Source: Octopus bimaculoides
Taxonomy: Eukaryota
NCBI RefSeq assembly: GCF_001194135.2
Contig: NC_068988.1
Span: 28,560,397-28,624,396 of the forward strand
Length of the DNA: 64,000 nucleotides
Direction: 5' to 3'
The notes beneath the pieces are model-generated. The model saw only the letters and a list, made by a program, of their open reading frames with translations, had not been told where the DNA came from and did not search any database. Position 1 is the stretch's first letter. Each line of letters begins with the position of its first letter. A program made the position numbers and the translations under genes. Below, piece after piece: positions 63,988 to 64,000 of the stretch.

Positions 63988-64000
63988 CTATAAAGAAAGA

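Noticed and set aside
1-64000. CRISPR arrays, rRNA genes, prokaryotic operons
   Set aside because: None seen; the repeated units are eukaryotic SINE, minisatellite and microsatellite sequences.

Overview
AT-rich animal genomic DNA (eukaryotic, spliceosomal introns, eight N-gaps). The dense tRNA-derived SINE, RTE-tail and microsatellite landscape looks like an octopus or other coleoid cephalopod; this is inferred, not proven. Three protein genes are well supported. (1) An intronless alpha-arrestin (ARRDC-like) CDS at 568-1872 (+) that ends in a Cys8 string. (2) A complete 7-exon STEEP1/CXorf56 orthologue at 44874-50789 (+), 213 aa. (3) The 3' nine exons of a MetX-family alpha/beta-hydrolase acyltransferase (Cys2/serine O-succinyltransferase-like) at 63987-53477 (-), convergent with STEEP1; its 5' end lies beyond the window. 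The rest is mostly interspersed repeats: SINEs, RTE/CR1/HERO LINE remnants, non-autonomous Helitrons, and piggyBac/hAT/mariner-like MITEs. The most notable unexplained signals are several minimal type-I hammerhead-ribozyme motifs carried by short Penelope/retrozyme-like repeats, including a nested inverted arrangement at 8075-9455. There are also several promoter-like regions with spliced short-exon transcripts that I cannot identify.
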